DNA of 64,000 nt from an uncultured Gemmatimonadales bacterium (lineage in GTDB: Bacteria > Gemmatimonadota > Gemmatimonadetes > Gemmatimonadales > GWC2-71-9): NCBI GenBank assembly GCA_963779755.1, contig CAVZZO010000001.1, forward strand, positions 1,920,001 to 1,984,000, written 5' to 3'. The stretch's first letter is position 1; the number at the start of each line of letters is the position of its first letter. The notes under the pieces were generated by a model that saw nothing but the letters and a program-made list of their open reading frames with translations, was not told where the DNA came from and made no database searches. The translations under genes and the position numbers were made by a program. Of this stretch, positions 22,270 to 31,428 are shown piece by piece.

Positions 22270-23376
22270 TCAGCCGGCCGCCTGCTCCACCTGCCGCCAG
22301 AACTCGAGCGTGCGGCGGGCCAGGGCGACGTCCACGAACTGATCCATGACGCGGGCCCGGGCCGCGGCACCGATCGCTTCGCGGCGCTCCCGGCTTTCCT
22401 GCAGTGTGCGCAGCGCCCGGGAGAGTGCGTCGACGTTCTCCTCGGGCACGATCAGTCCCGCGTCGCCCAGCACGTCCGGCAGCGCGCCGGAGTCGCTGGC
22501 TACCACCGGCAGCCCCCGCGCCATCGCTTCCAGCACGATCCGTCCGTGGGCTTCGACCCATCGCGGCGTGGTCCGGGCCGGTAGTCCGAGACAATCCGCC
22601 CGTCGCCAGGCCGCTTCCAGCTCCGCCGGGGGCAAGGCGCCCAGCCAGGTAATGCGCGAGGCGATCCCCAGCCGCTCCGCCAGCCGCTCCAGCTCTTCCT
22701 GGGCGGGCCCGGTGCCAACCACGACGATCTCCCAGCCGCCGAAGAGCTGCACGCAGGCGCGGAAGAGCAGGTCCAGCCCGCGTTCGGGCACCAGGCGGCC
22801 GATGAATACGATGGTGAACTCGCGCGTGCCGCGGGGCGGAGGCGCCGGCGGAACCGAGACGCCCAGCTGGGGCAACACGGCGGCGGGAATGCCGGGCCGA
22901 TCGCGCAGGAGCAGACCGGTGGCGCGCCGGTTGGGCCCCAGCACGCCGGCTACCCGGCCCAGCACCCGCTGCCGGCGCCAGCGTTGGCGCGCGGGCAGGC
23001 TGCGCTCCAGGCTCTCGGCGCTGAACAGCACGGTGGTGATGCCCAGTCGCGCCGCCGTCGCCGTGATGGCGCCGGCTACCTGGGTCCAGGGCTCTTCCTC
23101 CACCTGCACCACATCGGGGCGAAAGTCCCGGAGGAGCTTGCGCAGCGTGCGCCGGTCCCAGGCGGCGGTCTCGCTCCCCGGGCGCAGCACCGGCACCGGG
23201 GCGATGCGCAGCCCGCTGTCGTCTTCCCAGGCGGCGCGCAAGGTGCCCCGCGGGGCCGGGAAAGGCCAGGACTCTGGTACCGCCACGGTCACGGCGCAGC
23301 CCCGGCCCGCAAGCGCCCGGAGCTTTCCCCGGTTGGCGGGGTCGATATAGGGGTGGCCCACGATAACGGCCCGCAT
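22270..23376 (-). CDS. GT4 glycosyltransferase
   Basis: FIGRL, EAHGRIVLEAMARG. Confidence 0.9.
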   Translation of the reverse strand: MRAVIVGHPYIDPANRGKLRALAGRGCAVTVAVPESWPFPAPRGTLRAAWEDDSGLRIAPVPVLRPGSETAAWDRRTLRKLLRDFRPDVVQVEEEPWTQVAGAITATAARLGITTVLFSAESLERSLPARQRWRRQRVLGRVAGVLGPNRRATGLLLRDRPGIPAAVLPQLGVSVPPAPPPRGTREFTIVFIGRLVPERGLDLLFRACVQLFGGWEIVVVGTGPAQEELERLAERLGIASRITWLGALPPAELEAAWRRADCLGLPARTTPRWVEAHGRIVLEAMARGLPVVASDSGALPDVLGDAGLIVPEENVDALSRALRTLQESRERREAIGAAARARVMDQFVDVALARRTLEFWRQVEQAAG

Positions 23377-23378
23377 GC

Positions 23379-24449
23379 TCACCGCTCCAGCAGGGCGCGG
23401 ATGGCGGAGGCGGTGCGCTCGGCGGCGTCTCCTGTGCCGTAGGCGTCGCGGTCCCAGGGCCGCCCAGGCTTGTCTTCCAGCCGGGCCTGGACGGCGGCTG
23501 CCAGATCCCGGGAGGCATGCTCGGGCGCGACCAGGTGATTGGCGCCGAGTGCCAGCGTCTCGGTCCATTCGGTCTCGCGCCGGATGGTGATGCACGGGAC
23601 GCCGAGCCAGTAGGCCTCGCGCTGCACGCCGCCCGAATCGGTCACCACCAGGCTGGCATCCCGGGTGAATCCGATGCTCTCCAGATAGCCGACGGGGGGG
23701 ATGATCTCCAGGCTGCCATGGGCTTCCAGGCCCAGCCGGTCGAGCGCCAGCCGGGTGCGCGGGTGCGCCGCCAGCTTCACCGGCAGCGGCAGGCGGGCGA
23801 GAGCCCCGATCACATCGGCCAGCACCTCGGGGTGGTCGGTCAACTCGGCGCGGTGCAGGGTGGCGAAGACGTAGGGTCTGGTGCTGCCCCCGGTGGGGGG
23901 AAGATCCTCCGCCAGGACGTGTTGCAGAACGTCACGTGCGACGTCCCCCGTCTGGACCACGGTGGCCTCCGGCCGTTCGCGGCGCAGGCGCTCGGTCGCC
24001 TGGGCGGACGGGGTGCAGAGCAGCTCGCCGATGGCATCGGTCGCCCGGCGGTTGATTTCCTCGGCCATCTGGTGATCGGTGGCGCGCAGGCCCGCCTCCA
24101 CGTGCGCTACCGGGACGCGGAGCTGGGCGGCGGCCAGCGCCGCCCCCAGGGTCGAGTTGGTATCGCCGATCACGATGACGAGCCGGGGGCGGGCGGCCTC
24201 CAGCAGGGCGGCCGTCCGGGTGAGTACCGCCGCCGTCTGTTCGGCGTGGCCGGCGGAGCCGACCTCGAGGAAGTGGTCGGGGGGCGCGACACCGAGCTGC
24301 TGGTAGAGCAGGGCATTGAGGGCGAAATCGTAATGCTGGCCGGTATCGACCGAGAGGAGCCGCCAGCCCGGCGCCAGCGCCCGGCGCAGCGCGCTGGCCT
24401 TGATGACCTGGGGGCGGGTCCCGTAACACAAGGCGAGATCTACCGTCAA
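23379..24449 (-). CDS. wecB: UDP-N-acetylglucosamine 2-epimerase (non-hydrolysing; WecB/WbpI-like)
   Basis: GTRP, TGQHYD, GDTNS, HVEAGLR, TDSGGVQREA; TTG start at 24449. Confidence 0.9.
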   Translation of the reverse strand: MTVDLALCYGTRPQVIKASALRRALAPGWRLLSVDTGQHYDFALNALLYQQLGVAPPDHFLEVGSAGHAEQTAAVLTRTAALLEAARPRLVIVIGDTNSTLGAALAAAQLRVPVAHVEAGLRATDHQMAEEINRRATDAIGELLCTPSAQATERLRRERPEATVVQTGDVARDVLQHVLAEDLPPTGGSTRPYVFATLHRAELTDHPEVLADVIGALARLPLPVKLAAHPRTRLALDRLGLEAHGSLEIIPPVGYLESIGFTRDASLVVTDSGGVQREAYWLGVPCITIRRETEWTETLALGANHLVAPEHASRDLAAAVQARLEDKPGRPWDRDAYGTGDAAERTASAIRALLER

Positions 24450-24625
24450 TCCGGGTATGCCGATCCTCCGGGGAGTTCGCCGGACCCAGTCCGGCGGCGC
24501 TGTAAAATGACCGCACGTCCCCGCGGTTCCAAGCGGTGGCGCGGGACGACAGTTGACAAGGCGCCTTTTGTGGGCAGGTTCGGTCTCAGGAGCAGGCCTG
24601 TTTCTCACCCTGGGTGGCGGAGCGC

Positions 24626-25738
24626 ATGCGGATTCTGCATCTGGCGAAGTACTACTGGCCCCATTCAGGAGGAATGGAGCGGGTGGTCCAGGATCTGGCC
24701 GAGGGCGCGGCGGCCCTGGGGCACCAGGTCGAGGTGGTGGCCTATGAGAGCCGGATCCGCAGCCGCAGCGGCGGCGAGCGCCACACCGTCAAGCGGGTGT
24801 TCTCTTTCGGCGCAGTCGCCTCCCAGGAGATCGCGCCCGGCTACCTGGCCGCCGCCTGGGGCGCAGCCGACGTGGTTCACCTGCACCATCCGCACCCACT
24901 GGCCGATTTCGCCGTGATGGCGCGGCTCCGGCGCACCCCGCTCGTCATCACCCATCATGCCGATACCCGGCGGTTCACCTCCCGCCTGCTGGCGCGCTCG
25001 GCGCTGCGGCGCGCGCGCGCCGTCGTGGTGCCGAGCCGGGCGCATGTGGCGCTCTCGAGCGAGCTGCAGGATTACGAACCCAAGATCGAGGTCATCCCCT
25101 TCGGCATCGACGCCGAGCGCTGGCGCGCGGTTCCGCCGCCGCCGGAGGGTCCGCCCCGCGCCATCTTCATCGGGCGGCTGGCGCGCTACAAGGGCGTGGA
25201 CGTGCTGCTGCGGGCGCTGGAGCTGGTGCCGGAATTGTCGCTGGACATCGTCGGCACGGGTCCCGAGGCATCGCGCCTGCGCACCCTGGCGCGCGCGCTG
25301 GCCATTTCCGACCGGGTGCGCTGGTGGGGCGAGACGCCGGACGAGGACCTCCCGCGGCGGATGGCAGAGGCCAGCTTTCTGGTGCTGCCCTCGGTGACGG
25401 TGGAGGAGATGTTCGGACTGGTGCTGCTGGAGGCCATGGCGGCGGGACGTCCGGTGATTACCACGGCGGTGCCCAGCGGGGTGCGCGAGGTGACCTTGCC
25501 GGGAGAAACCGGGCTGGAGGTGCCGCTCCGGGATGTCCGGGCTCTGGCCATCGCCCTGGAGACTCTGGCTCGCGATCGCGCGTTGCGCCAGCGGATGGGT
25601 GATGCGGGGCGGCGGCGGGTCGCGGGGCAGTTCACCCGGGAGGAGATGGTGAGCCGCCATCTGGTCCTCTACCAGCGGTTGCTGGCCGGCGCGCCGCCCG
25701 TGGGGGTTGCCGATGCTTTAAGTCGGCCATCGCGTTAA
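24626..25738 (+). CDS. GT4 glycosyltransferase
   Basis: KYYWPHSGGME, FIGRLARYKG, EMFGLVLLEAMAAG. Confidence 0.92.
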   Translation: MRILHLAKYYWPHSGGMERVVQDLAEGAAALGHQVEVVAYESRIRSRSGGERHTVKRVFSFGAVASQEIAPGYLAAAWGAADVVHLHHPHPLADFAVMARLRRTPLVITHHADTRRFTSRLLARSALRRARAVVVPSRAHVALSSELQDYEPKIEVIPFGIDAERWRAVPPPPEGPPRAIFIGRLARYKGVDVLLRALELVPELSLDIVGTGPEASRLRTLARALAISDRVRWWGETPDEDLPRRMAEASFLVLPSVTVEEMFGLVLLEAMAAGRPVITTAVPSGVREVTLPGETGLEVPLRDVRALAIALETLARDRALRQRMGDAGRRRVAGQFTREEMVSRHLVLYQRLLAGAPPVGVADALSRPSR

Positions 25739-25835
25739 GTTTAGGAAGCCGCTCGACCCTCGTTGGCGGGCACTTTGCCGGTAGACTATGCCAGGACCAC
25801 GGATTGCTGTCGAAACTCCACCTACTCAGCCCGCG

Positions 25836-27392
25836 ATGACGGCCAGTCCCCGTCCGGCCCTCCTGTCTTCGGAGTCAGTCCTTCCGCCCCCCCACGCCGT
25901 GCCGGTCGAGGTGCGGCTGGCCCTGCAGCGCCGCGCAGCGGGCAACTTCCGGCGCCATCTCTTCCGGGCGGTTCGCCGGGTTGCCGTCCTGATGCTGGCG
26001 GATCTGGGCACCTTCGAACTGATGCGGGTGGCGCTCCGGTCCCTGCGCGATCAGGCCACCGGCGGCAGCGACCTGGCCCGGATGCTCCAGGTCACCCTGC
26101 CGACCGGCTACCTGGGCGGGTGGCAGTTCGCCGCCGCGCTGCTGCTGGGGCTCTGGATTACCGGGAACTATGCCCCGGGTGACAACCGCCGCAGCGGGCG
26201 CCAACTGCTGGCCGGGTGCGCCTTTGCCGTGGCGCTGCCGCTGTGGCTGGCGCTGTGGAGCGAGGGCGCATCGCTGGTCCTTTTCCAGTATGCGCTGACG
26301 GTGTTTCTGGTCTGGGCGGTCATCATGGGCGAACGGCTGCTGATCGACCGGGTGGTGGCCCTGGTGCTGCCGGTGGAACATCGCGCGGCGCGCACCCTCT
26401 TCGTCGGGCCGGCCGCCGCCTGCCGCACCGCCATGGGCAACCGGGCCTTCTCCCGGTCCCCCGATCATTTGGCGGTGGGATTCGTGGATCTCAGTCTCCC
26501 CCCTGCCGCCGACGCGCTGGGGTCGATCCCCGAGCTGCCGCAGGTGCTGCAGCGCTCGCGGGCCGAGGCGGTGGTCGCCTGCGGGTACCTCTCCGACGCG
26601 CAGCTGCACGATGTGACCGAAATAACGCTGCTGGCCGGGTGCCAGCTGCTCTCGCTCCCCCGGACGATCAGCGTGGCAGGAGTGCAGCCGGCGGTGGTCT
26701 GGCGGCAGGGACAGCCCGTGGTGGAGCTGAGCGCGCCCAGCCTCAAGGGGCAGCAGTTGTTCATGAAGCGCACGCTGGATCTCCTGGGCGCCTCGCTGAT
26801 GCTGGTGGTGGCATCACCGGTCATGCTGCTGGCGGCGATCGCCATAGTGCTGGATTCCCGCGGGGGTGTCTTCTTCCTGCAGGACCGGATCGGCACCGGG
26901 GGGCGGACGTTCAAGGTGTGGAAATTCCGGACCATGGTGTACGGCGCTTCGGATACCGTCCACCGGGACCTGGTCAGCCGGATGATCCGGGAGAACGATC
27001 CCGAGGCCGGGCAGGCCGCGGGCGACGGCCGGCCGGTCTACAAGCTGGTCAACGACGCGCGAGTGACCCGGGTCGGCCGCTGGCTGCGCCGCACGTCACT
27101 GGACGAGTTGCCCCAGCTCTTTAACGTTCTGAAGGGCGAAATGAGCCTGGTGGGGCCGCGTCCGCCGCTGCACTATGAGTTCGAGGCGTACGATCACTGG
27201 CAGTACGACCGGCTCCAGGTGCGCCCGGGGATCACCGGCCTGTGGCAGGTTTCCGGCCGCAACCTGCTCACCTACCGGCAGATGTGCGAACTGGACGTGG
27301 AGTATGTCCGCCAGTGGTCGCTGTACCTGGATCTCAAGATTCTCCTGCGCACCGTGCCGGTGGTCCTGTTCAACAGCGGCCGGGCGGCGTGA
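25836..27392 (+). CDS. Priming undecaprenyl-phosphate sugar phosphotransferase (WcaJ/WbaP-like); start 25788 or 25836
   Basis: KFRTM, SLDELPQLFNVLKGEMSLVGPRP, PGITGLWQV. Confidence 0.93.
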   Translation: MTASPRPALLSSESVLPPPHAVPVEVRLALQRRAAGNFRRHLFRAVRRVAVLMLADLGTFELMRVALRSLRDQATGGSDLARMLQVTLPTGYLGGWQFAAALLLGLWITGNYAPGDNRRSGRQLLAGCAFAVALPLWLALWSEGASLVLFQYALTVFLVWAVIMGERLLIDRVVALVLPVEHRAARTLFVGPAAACRTAMGNRAFSRSPDHLAVGFVDLSLPPAADALGSIPELPQVLQRSRAEAVVACGYLSDAQLHDVTEITLLAGCQLLSLPRTISVAGVQPAVVWRQGQPVVELSAPSLKGQQLFMKRTLDLLGASLMLVVASPVMLLAAIAIVLDSRGGVFFLQDRIGTGGRTFKVWKFRTMVYGASDTVHRDLVSRMIRENDPEAGQAAGDGRPVYKLVNDARVTRVGRWLRRTSLDELPQLFNVLKGEMSLVGPRPPLHYEFEAYDHWQYDRLQVRPGITGLWQVSGRNLLTYRQMCELDVEYVRQWSLYLDLKILLRTVPVVLFNSGRAA

Positions 27393-27396
27393 GTGC

Positions 27397-27506
27397 ACGG
27401 CAGGACGGCAGGACGGCAGGACGGCAGGACGGCAGGACGGCAGGACGGCAAGACGGCAAGACGGTAGGACGGCAAGACGGCCAGGACTGGCGACTGGTGA
27501 CTGGCA
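27397..27506. repeat. ACGGCA(G/A)G octamer array (about 11 units) followed by ACTGG heptamers
   Basis: Tandem array directly after the sugar-transferase stop codon. Confidence 0.92.
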
Positions 27507-27577
27507 AGTTTCGCGACTTATTTTCCGCGGCCGATAACTGATAGCATGCTCCCACCCACCTGAGGTCATAGCGCATC

Positions 27578-28621
27578 GTGCCACCACTGCGTGTCGGGGT
27601 CATCGGGTGCGGGTACTGGGGCCCCAATCTCGTCCGGAATTTTGCGCGCCATCCGGAGAGCCGGGTCAACGCGGTCTGCGACCGGATGCATGAGCGTGCG
27701 GCGCGAGCCGGCGCGGAGTACCGCGTTCCCCTGGTATCAGACGACCCGCAGGACCTGCTCAGCTCGCGGGAGCTGGACCTGATCGTGATCGCGACGCCCA
27801 GCTTCACCCACTTCGATCTGGCGAAGGCGGCGCTGGCAGCGGGGAAACACGTGCTGGTGATGAAGCCGCTGGCGACGCGGGCGGAGGAGGCGGAGGAGTT
27901 GTGTGACCTGGCCGACCGCAAGGGGGTGCAGCTGGCGGTGGATCATACCTTCGTCTTTACCGCCGCCGTCCGGAAGATGAAAGAGCTGATCGACAACGGC
28001 GAGATCGGCGATCTCTACTATTTCGATTCGGTGCGGATCAACCTGGGCCTGATCCAGACCGACGTGAACGTGATCTGGGATCTGGCGCCGCACGACGTCT
28101 CCATCATGGACTACCTGCTGGCCGAGGAGGCGGTGGCGGTCTCCGCGGTGGGAGCGTGTCATGGCGGCAGCCCCACGGAGAACATCGCCTACATCCACGT
28201 GCAGTTCAGCGGCTCCCTGCTGGGGCACGTGCACGTCAACTGGCTGGCGCCGGCCAAGGTGCGGACCACCATTCTGGGAGGCTCCAAGCGGATGGTGATC
28301 TACGACGACATGGAACCCAGCGAAAAGCTCAAGATCTACGACAAGGGCGTGCTCATCTCCCAGGATCCCGGGCAGGAGAGTGAGTATCAGTGGATGATCC
28401 AGTACCGCTCCGGCGACATGCACGCCCCCAAGCTGGATGCCCGCGAGGCGCTGGCCACCGAGGTCGATAACATCATCCGCGCGACCCGCGGCCAGGAGCC
28501 GCTCATCTGCGACGGCCGGGCCGGGTGGCGGGTGGTCCGCATTCTGGACGCCGCCCAGCGATCCATCGAACAGGGCGGGATCCGGGTGGCGGTCAACGGC
28601 GCCGGGATCTCCTCCCGCTGA
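27578..28621 (+). CDS. Gfo/Idh/MocA oxidoreductase (WbpB/WlbA-like)
   Basis: GCGYWG, GKHVLVMKP, DLAPHD. Confidence 0.9.
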   Translation: MPPLRVGVIGCGYWGPNLVRNFARHPESRVNAVCDRMHERAARAGAEYRVPLVSDDPQDLLSSRELDLIVIATPSFTHFDLAKAALAAGKHVLVMKPLATRAEEAEELCDLADRKGVQLAVDHTFVFTAAVRKMKELIDNGEIGDLYYFDSVRINLGLIQTDVNVIWDLAPHDVSIMDYLLAEEAVAVSAVGACHGGSPTENIAYIHVQFSGSLLGHVHVNWLAPAKVRTTILGGSKRMVIYDDMEPSEKLKIYDKGVLISQDPGQESEYQWMIQYRSGDMHAPKLDAREALATEVDNIIRATRGQEPLICDGRAGWRVVRILDAAQRSIEQGGIRVAVNGAGISSR

Positions 28622-28626
28622 CGCGG

Positions 28627-29127
28627 ATGGCACCGGCGGACGACGATGCGCGGCTCTGCCGGATCGCGCCGGACGTGAAGCTGGGGCGCGGGGTGCGCCT
28701 CTACGCCTTCGTCAACCTCTACGGCTGCCAGATCGGCGACGACACCTCCATCGGTACGTTCGTCGAAATCCAGAAGGGCGTGCGGATCGGCGCCCGCTGC
28801 AAAATCCAGAGCCACACGTTCATCTGCGAAGGCGTCACGATCGAAGACGAGGTCTTCGTCGGCCACAACGTCAACTTCATCAACGACCGGTTCCCCCGGG
28901 CAGCCAATCCCGACGGGTCCCGCCAGACCGAGGTCGACTGGGCGGTCGAGCCGACGGTGGTCCGCCGCGGCGCGTCCATCGGGACTGGGGCCGTGCTGCT
29001 GGGCGGGATCACCGTCGGCGCGGGCGCGCTGGTGGGAGCCGGCGCGGTAGTGACCCGCGATGTCCCCGCGGGCGCGACGGTGGTGGGCAACCCCGCGCGG
29101 GTGGTGGAGCGGGAGGGCCCGGCCTGA
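28627..29127 (+). CDS. Hexapeptide N-acetyltransferase (WbpD/WlbB-like)
   Basis: LbH repeats, KIQSHTFICEGVTIED, FIND, VVGNPAR. Confidence 0.9.
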   Translation: MAPADDDARLCRIAPDVKLGRGVRLYAFVNLYGCQIGDDTSIGTFVEIQKGVRIGARCKIQSHTFICEGVTIEDEVFVGHNVNFINDRFPRAANPDGSRQTEVDWAVEPTVVRRGASIGTGAVLLGGITVGAGALVGAGAVVTRDVPAGATVVGNPARVVEREGPA

Positions 29128-30356
29128 GCGTCTTCGCCCCGCAACCGCTGGCGGAGCTCTGGGGCCTGCAGCCGGCGCGCTCCGCCATCCCGCCCTCCGG
29201 GGCCGTGCTGCCGCTGGGGCGGCACGGCAGCGTGCTCGATCTGGGGGGCGGCGAATCCCTCGAGACCAGCGGAGGGGTGATCGTCAGGCTGCCGGCGCCG
29301 GGCGGCGCGGACGCCCCGCTCCTGAACGATCTCGAGGCGGCGGCCCGCTACGTACTCTCCGAAGCCTATCGAGGCGAGCACCCTGCGGAACCTTCCTGGC
29401 TGCTTCGGGCCTATTACCGGTTGCGGCCGCTGATGCCCCGGCCGGTGCAGCTCATGCTGCGGCGCCGGCACGCGCGCGGGCGGGCGGCGCGGGCCTGGCT
29501 CGGCTGGCCGGTGGATGGGCGGTGGGTGGCGCTGGCGGAATCGTGGCTGTTTCTGCGGCTGGGCGCGGCGGTCGAGGTGAAGGTGTTGCGCGCGTGGCCC
29601 GAACCGTTTCGCGCTGCCGCCGCCCTGACCCACGACGTCGAAGGCAGCGAAGGGCAGGCGCGCTGCCTGGAGGTAGCCGCGCTGGAGGAGCGCTACGGCT
29701 TCCGCAGCTGCTTCAACTTCGTGGCGGAACGCTATCCCCTCGACCAGGGCGTGATGGATGAGCTGCGGGCGCGGGGCCACGAAATCGGGCTGCACGGTAT
29801 CCGGCACGACGGCCGCAAATTCAGCAGCCGGTCCATCTTCGAGGAGCGGGTGCAGGCGATGCGGCGCTATCGTGACGCCTGGCGGGTCGAGGGGTTCCGC
29901 TCGCCCGCCACGCACCGGCGCTGGGACTGGATGCCCGAGCTTCCCTTTGCCTACGACAGTTCGTTTCCCGACACCGACCCCTACGAGCCGATTCCCGGTG
30001 GTTGCGGCAGCCCCTGGCCCTTCCGCCTGGGGGACCTGATCGAGTTGCCCATCACCCTGCCGCAGGACCACACCGTCTGGGAGATTCTGCGGCAGCCCGC
30101 GCTTCCGCTCTGGCTGGCGAAAGTGGACTGGCTGCGGCAGGTGCGCGGCCTGGCGACGATTATCGTGCACCCGGACTATCTCAGCCGGCGGGAACGGTGG
30201 GAGGAGTACGAGGCGTTCCTGGCCGGGCTGGCCGGCCGGCAGGAGGTCTGGGTTGCGCGGGCCGGGGACATCGCCCGCTGGTGGCGGGAGCGGCGCGAGC
30301 GGCAGCGGGCGACCCGGGTACGGGAGGGATCGGTATGGCGTATCCACTTCGCCTGA
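29124..30356 (+). CDS. Polysaccharide deacetylase-like protein; start uncertain (CTG 29124 or GTG 29205)
   Basis: LTHDVE, HEIGLHG, GFRSP, YDSS, HPDY. Confidence 0.8.
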   Translation: MSVFAPQPLAELWGLQPARSAIPPSGAVLPLGRHGSVLDLGGGESLETSGGVIVRLPAPGGADAPLLNDLEAAARYVLSEAYRGEHPAEPSWLLRAYYRLRPLMPRPVQLMLRRRHARGRAARAWLGWPVDGRWVALAESWLFLRLGAAVEVKVLRAWPEPFRAAAALTHDVEGSEGQARCLEVAALEERYGFRSCFNFVAERYPLDQGVMDELRARGHEIGLHGIRHDGRKFSSRSIFEERVQAMRRYRDAWRVEGFRSPATHRRWDWMPELPFAYDSSFPDTDPYEPIPGGCGSPWPFRLGDLIELPITLPQDHTVWEILRQPALPLWLAKVDWLRQVRGLATIIVHPDYLSRRERWEEYEAFLAGLAGRQEVWVARAGDIARWWRERRERQRATRVREGSVWRIHFA

Positions 30357-30363
30357 GCACGCG

Positions 30364-31428
30364 ATGAGCGGCGACGGGCTGGTCCGGCGGGGGCGGCTGC
30401 CCTGGCGCCATCTCGCGTTCTTCGGCTGGATGCCGGGGCCGCTCAAGCGCTGGTGCTATCGGCACCTGCTGGGCTACCGGATCGGCCGCGGGGTCGAGCT
30501 GGGCTTCGGCTCGGCGGTGGTGGGGCAGGAGGTCGAACTGGGCGACGGGGTGTCAATCGGCTTTCTGACCATCGTGCGCGGCCGGCAGATCCGGATCGGC
30601 CGGCATACCCAGATCGGCGCCACCAGCTATCTCCTCTGTGAGCGCATCGAGATCGGCGAGGACGCGAAGATCAACGAGCAGGTATTCGTGGGCGGTCCCA
30701 TGCTGCCGGATTCGCTCTTCCGGCTGGGCAGCCGCACCATCGTGATGCAGATGGCCTTTCTCAACCCGACGCGCCCCCTGGTGATCGGGGATGACAGCGG
30801 CATTGGCGGTCACTGTCTCATCTTCACCCATGGGTCGTGGCTCAATGTGCTGGACGGCTACCCGGTGTCCTTCGAGCCGGTGACGATCGGCGAGAGCGTC
30901 TGGTTGCCGTGGCGAGTCTTCGTCATGCCGGGCGCGACCATCGGCGATGGCAGCGTGATCGGCGCCAACTCCCTGGTGCAGGGTGACATTCCGCCCTCCA
31001 GCCTGGCCGTGGGGTCGCCCGCGCGGGTCATCCGGTCGGCGCCGGAGTTCCCCCCTCGGCCCGACGAGCGCCGCCGCCGGCAGCTGGTGGACACGATGAT
31101 CGGCGCGTTCGACGAGTATGTGGCGCGCAACGGCGTGCAACGCGAGGGCCGGCGCTACCGGGCGGAGGGCCGGGAGTACACGCTCCTGTGGCGGCGGGAG
31201 CCGGCCCCGCTGCCGCCCGCGCTCACGGCCGGGACGCTGCTGCTGACGGAGGTCCCGCTCAGCGAGGCAGAGAAGGACATCTTGCGGCGGCAGCATGCCA
31301 GCTGGCTGGACCTGGCCGGCCGGAGCCGGAGCGAGCACGGCAACCGCCTGTGCGAAGAGCTGGCGCTCTTTCTCTCGCGCTACGGCATCCGCTTGCCGCG
31401 GGACGGCGGCCCGGGCCCCGGCCGATGA
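30364..31428 (+). CDS. Hexapeptide-repeat acyltransferase with C-terminal extension
   Basis: LbH repeats, IFTHG, IGDGSVIGANSLV, AVGSPARVI. Confidence 0.85.
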   Translation: MSGDGLVRRGRLPWRHLAFFGWMPGPLKRWCYRHLLGYRIGRGVELGFGSAVVGQEVELGDGVSIGFLTIVRGRQIRIGRHTQIGATSYLLCERIEIGEDAKINEQVFVGGPMLPDSLFRLGSRTIVMQMAFLNPTRPLVIGDDSGIGGHCLIFTHGSWLNVLDGYPVSFEPVTIGESVWLPWRVFVMPGATIGDGSVIGANSLVQGDIPPSSLAVGSPARVIRSAPEFPPRPDERRRRQLVDTMIGAFDEYVARNGVQREGRRYRAEGREYTLLWRREPAPLPPALTAGTLLLTEVPLSEAEKDILRRQHASWLDLAGRSRSEHGNRLCEELALFLSRYGIRLPRDGGPGPGR

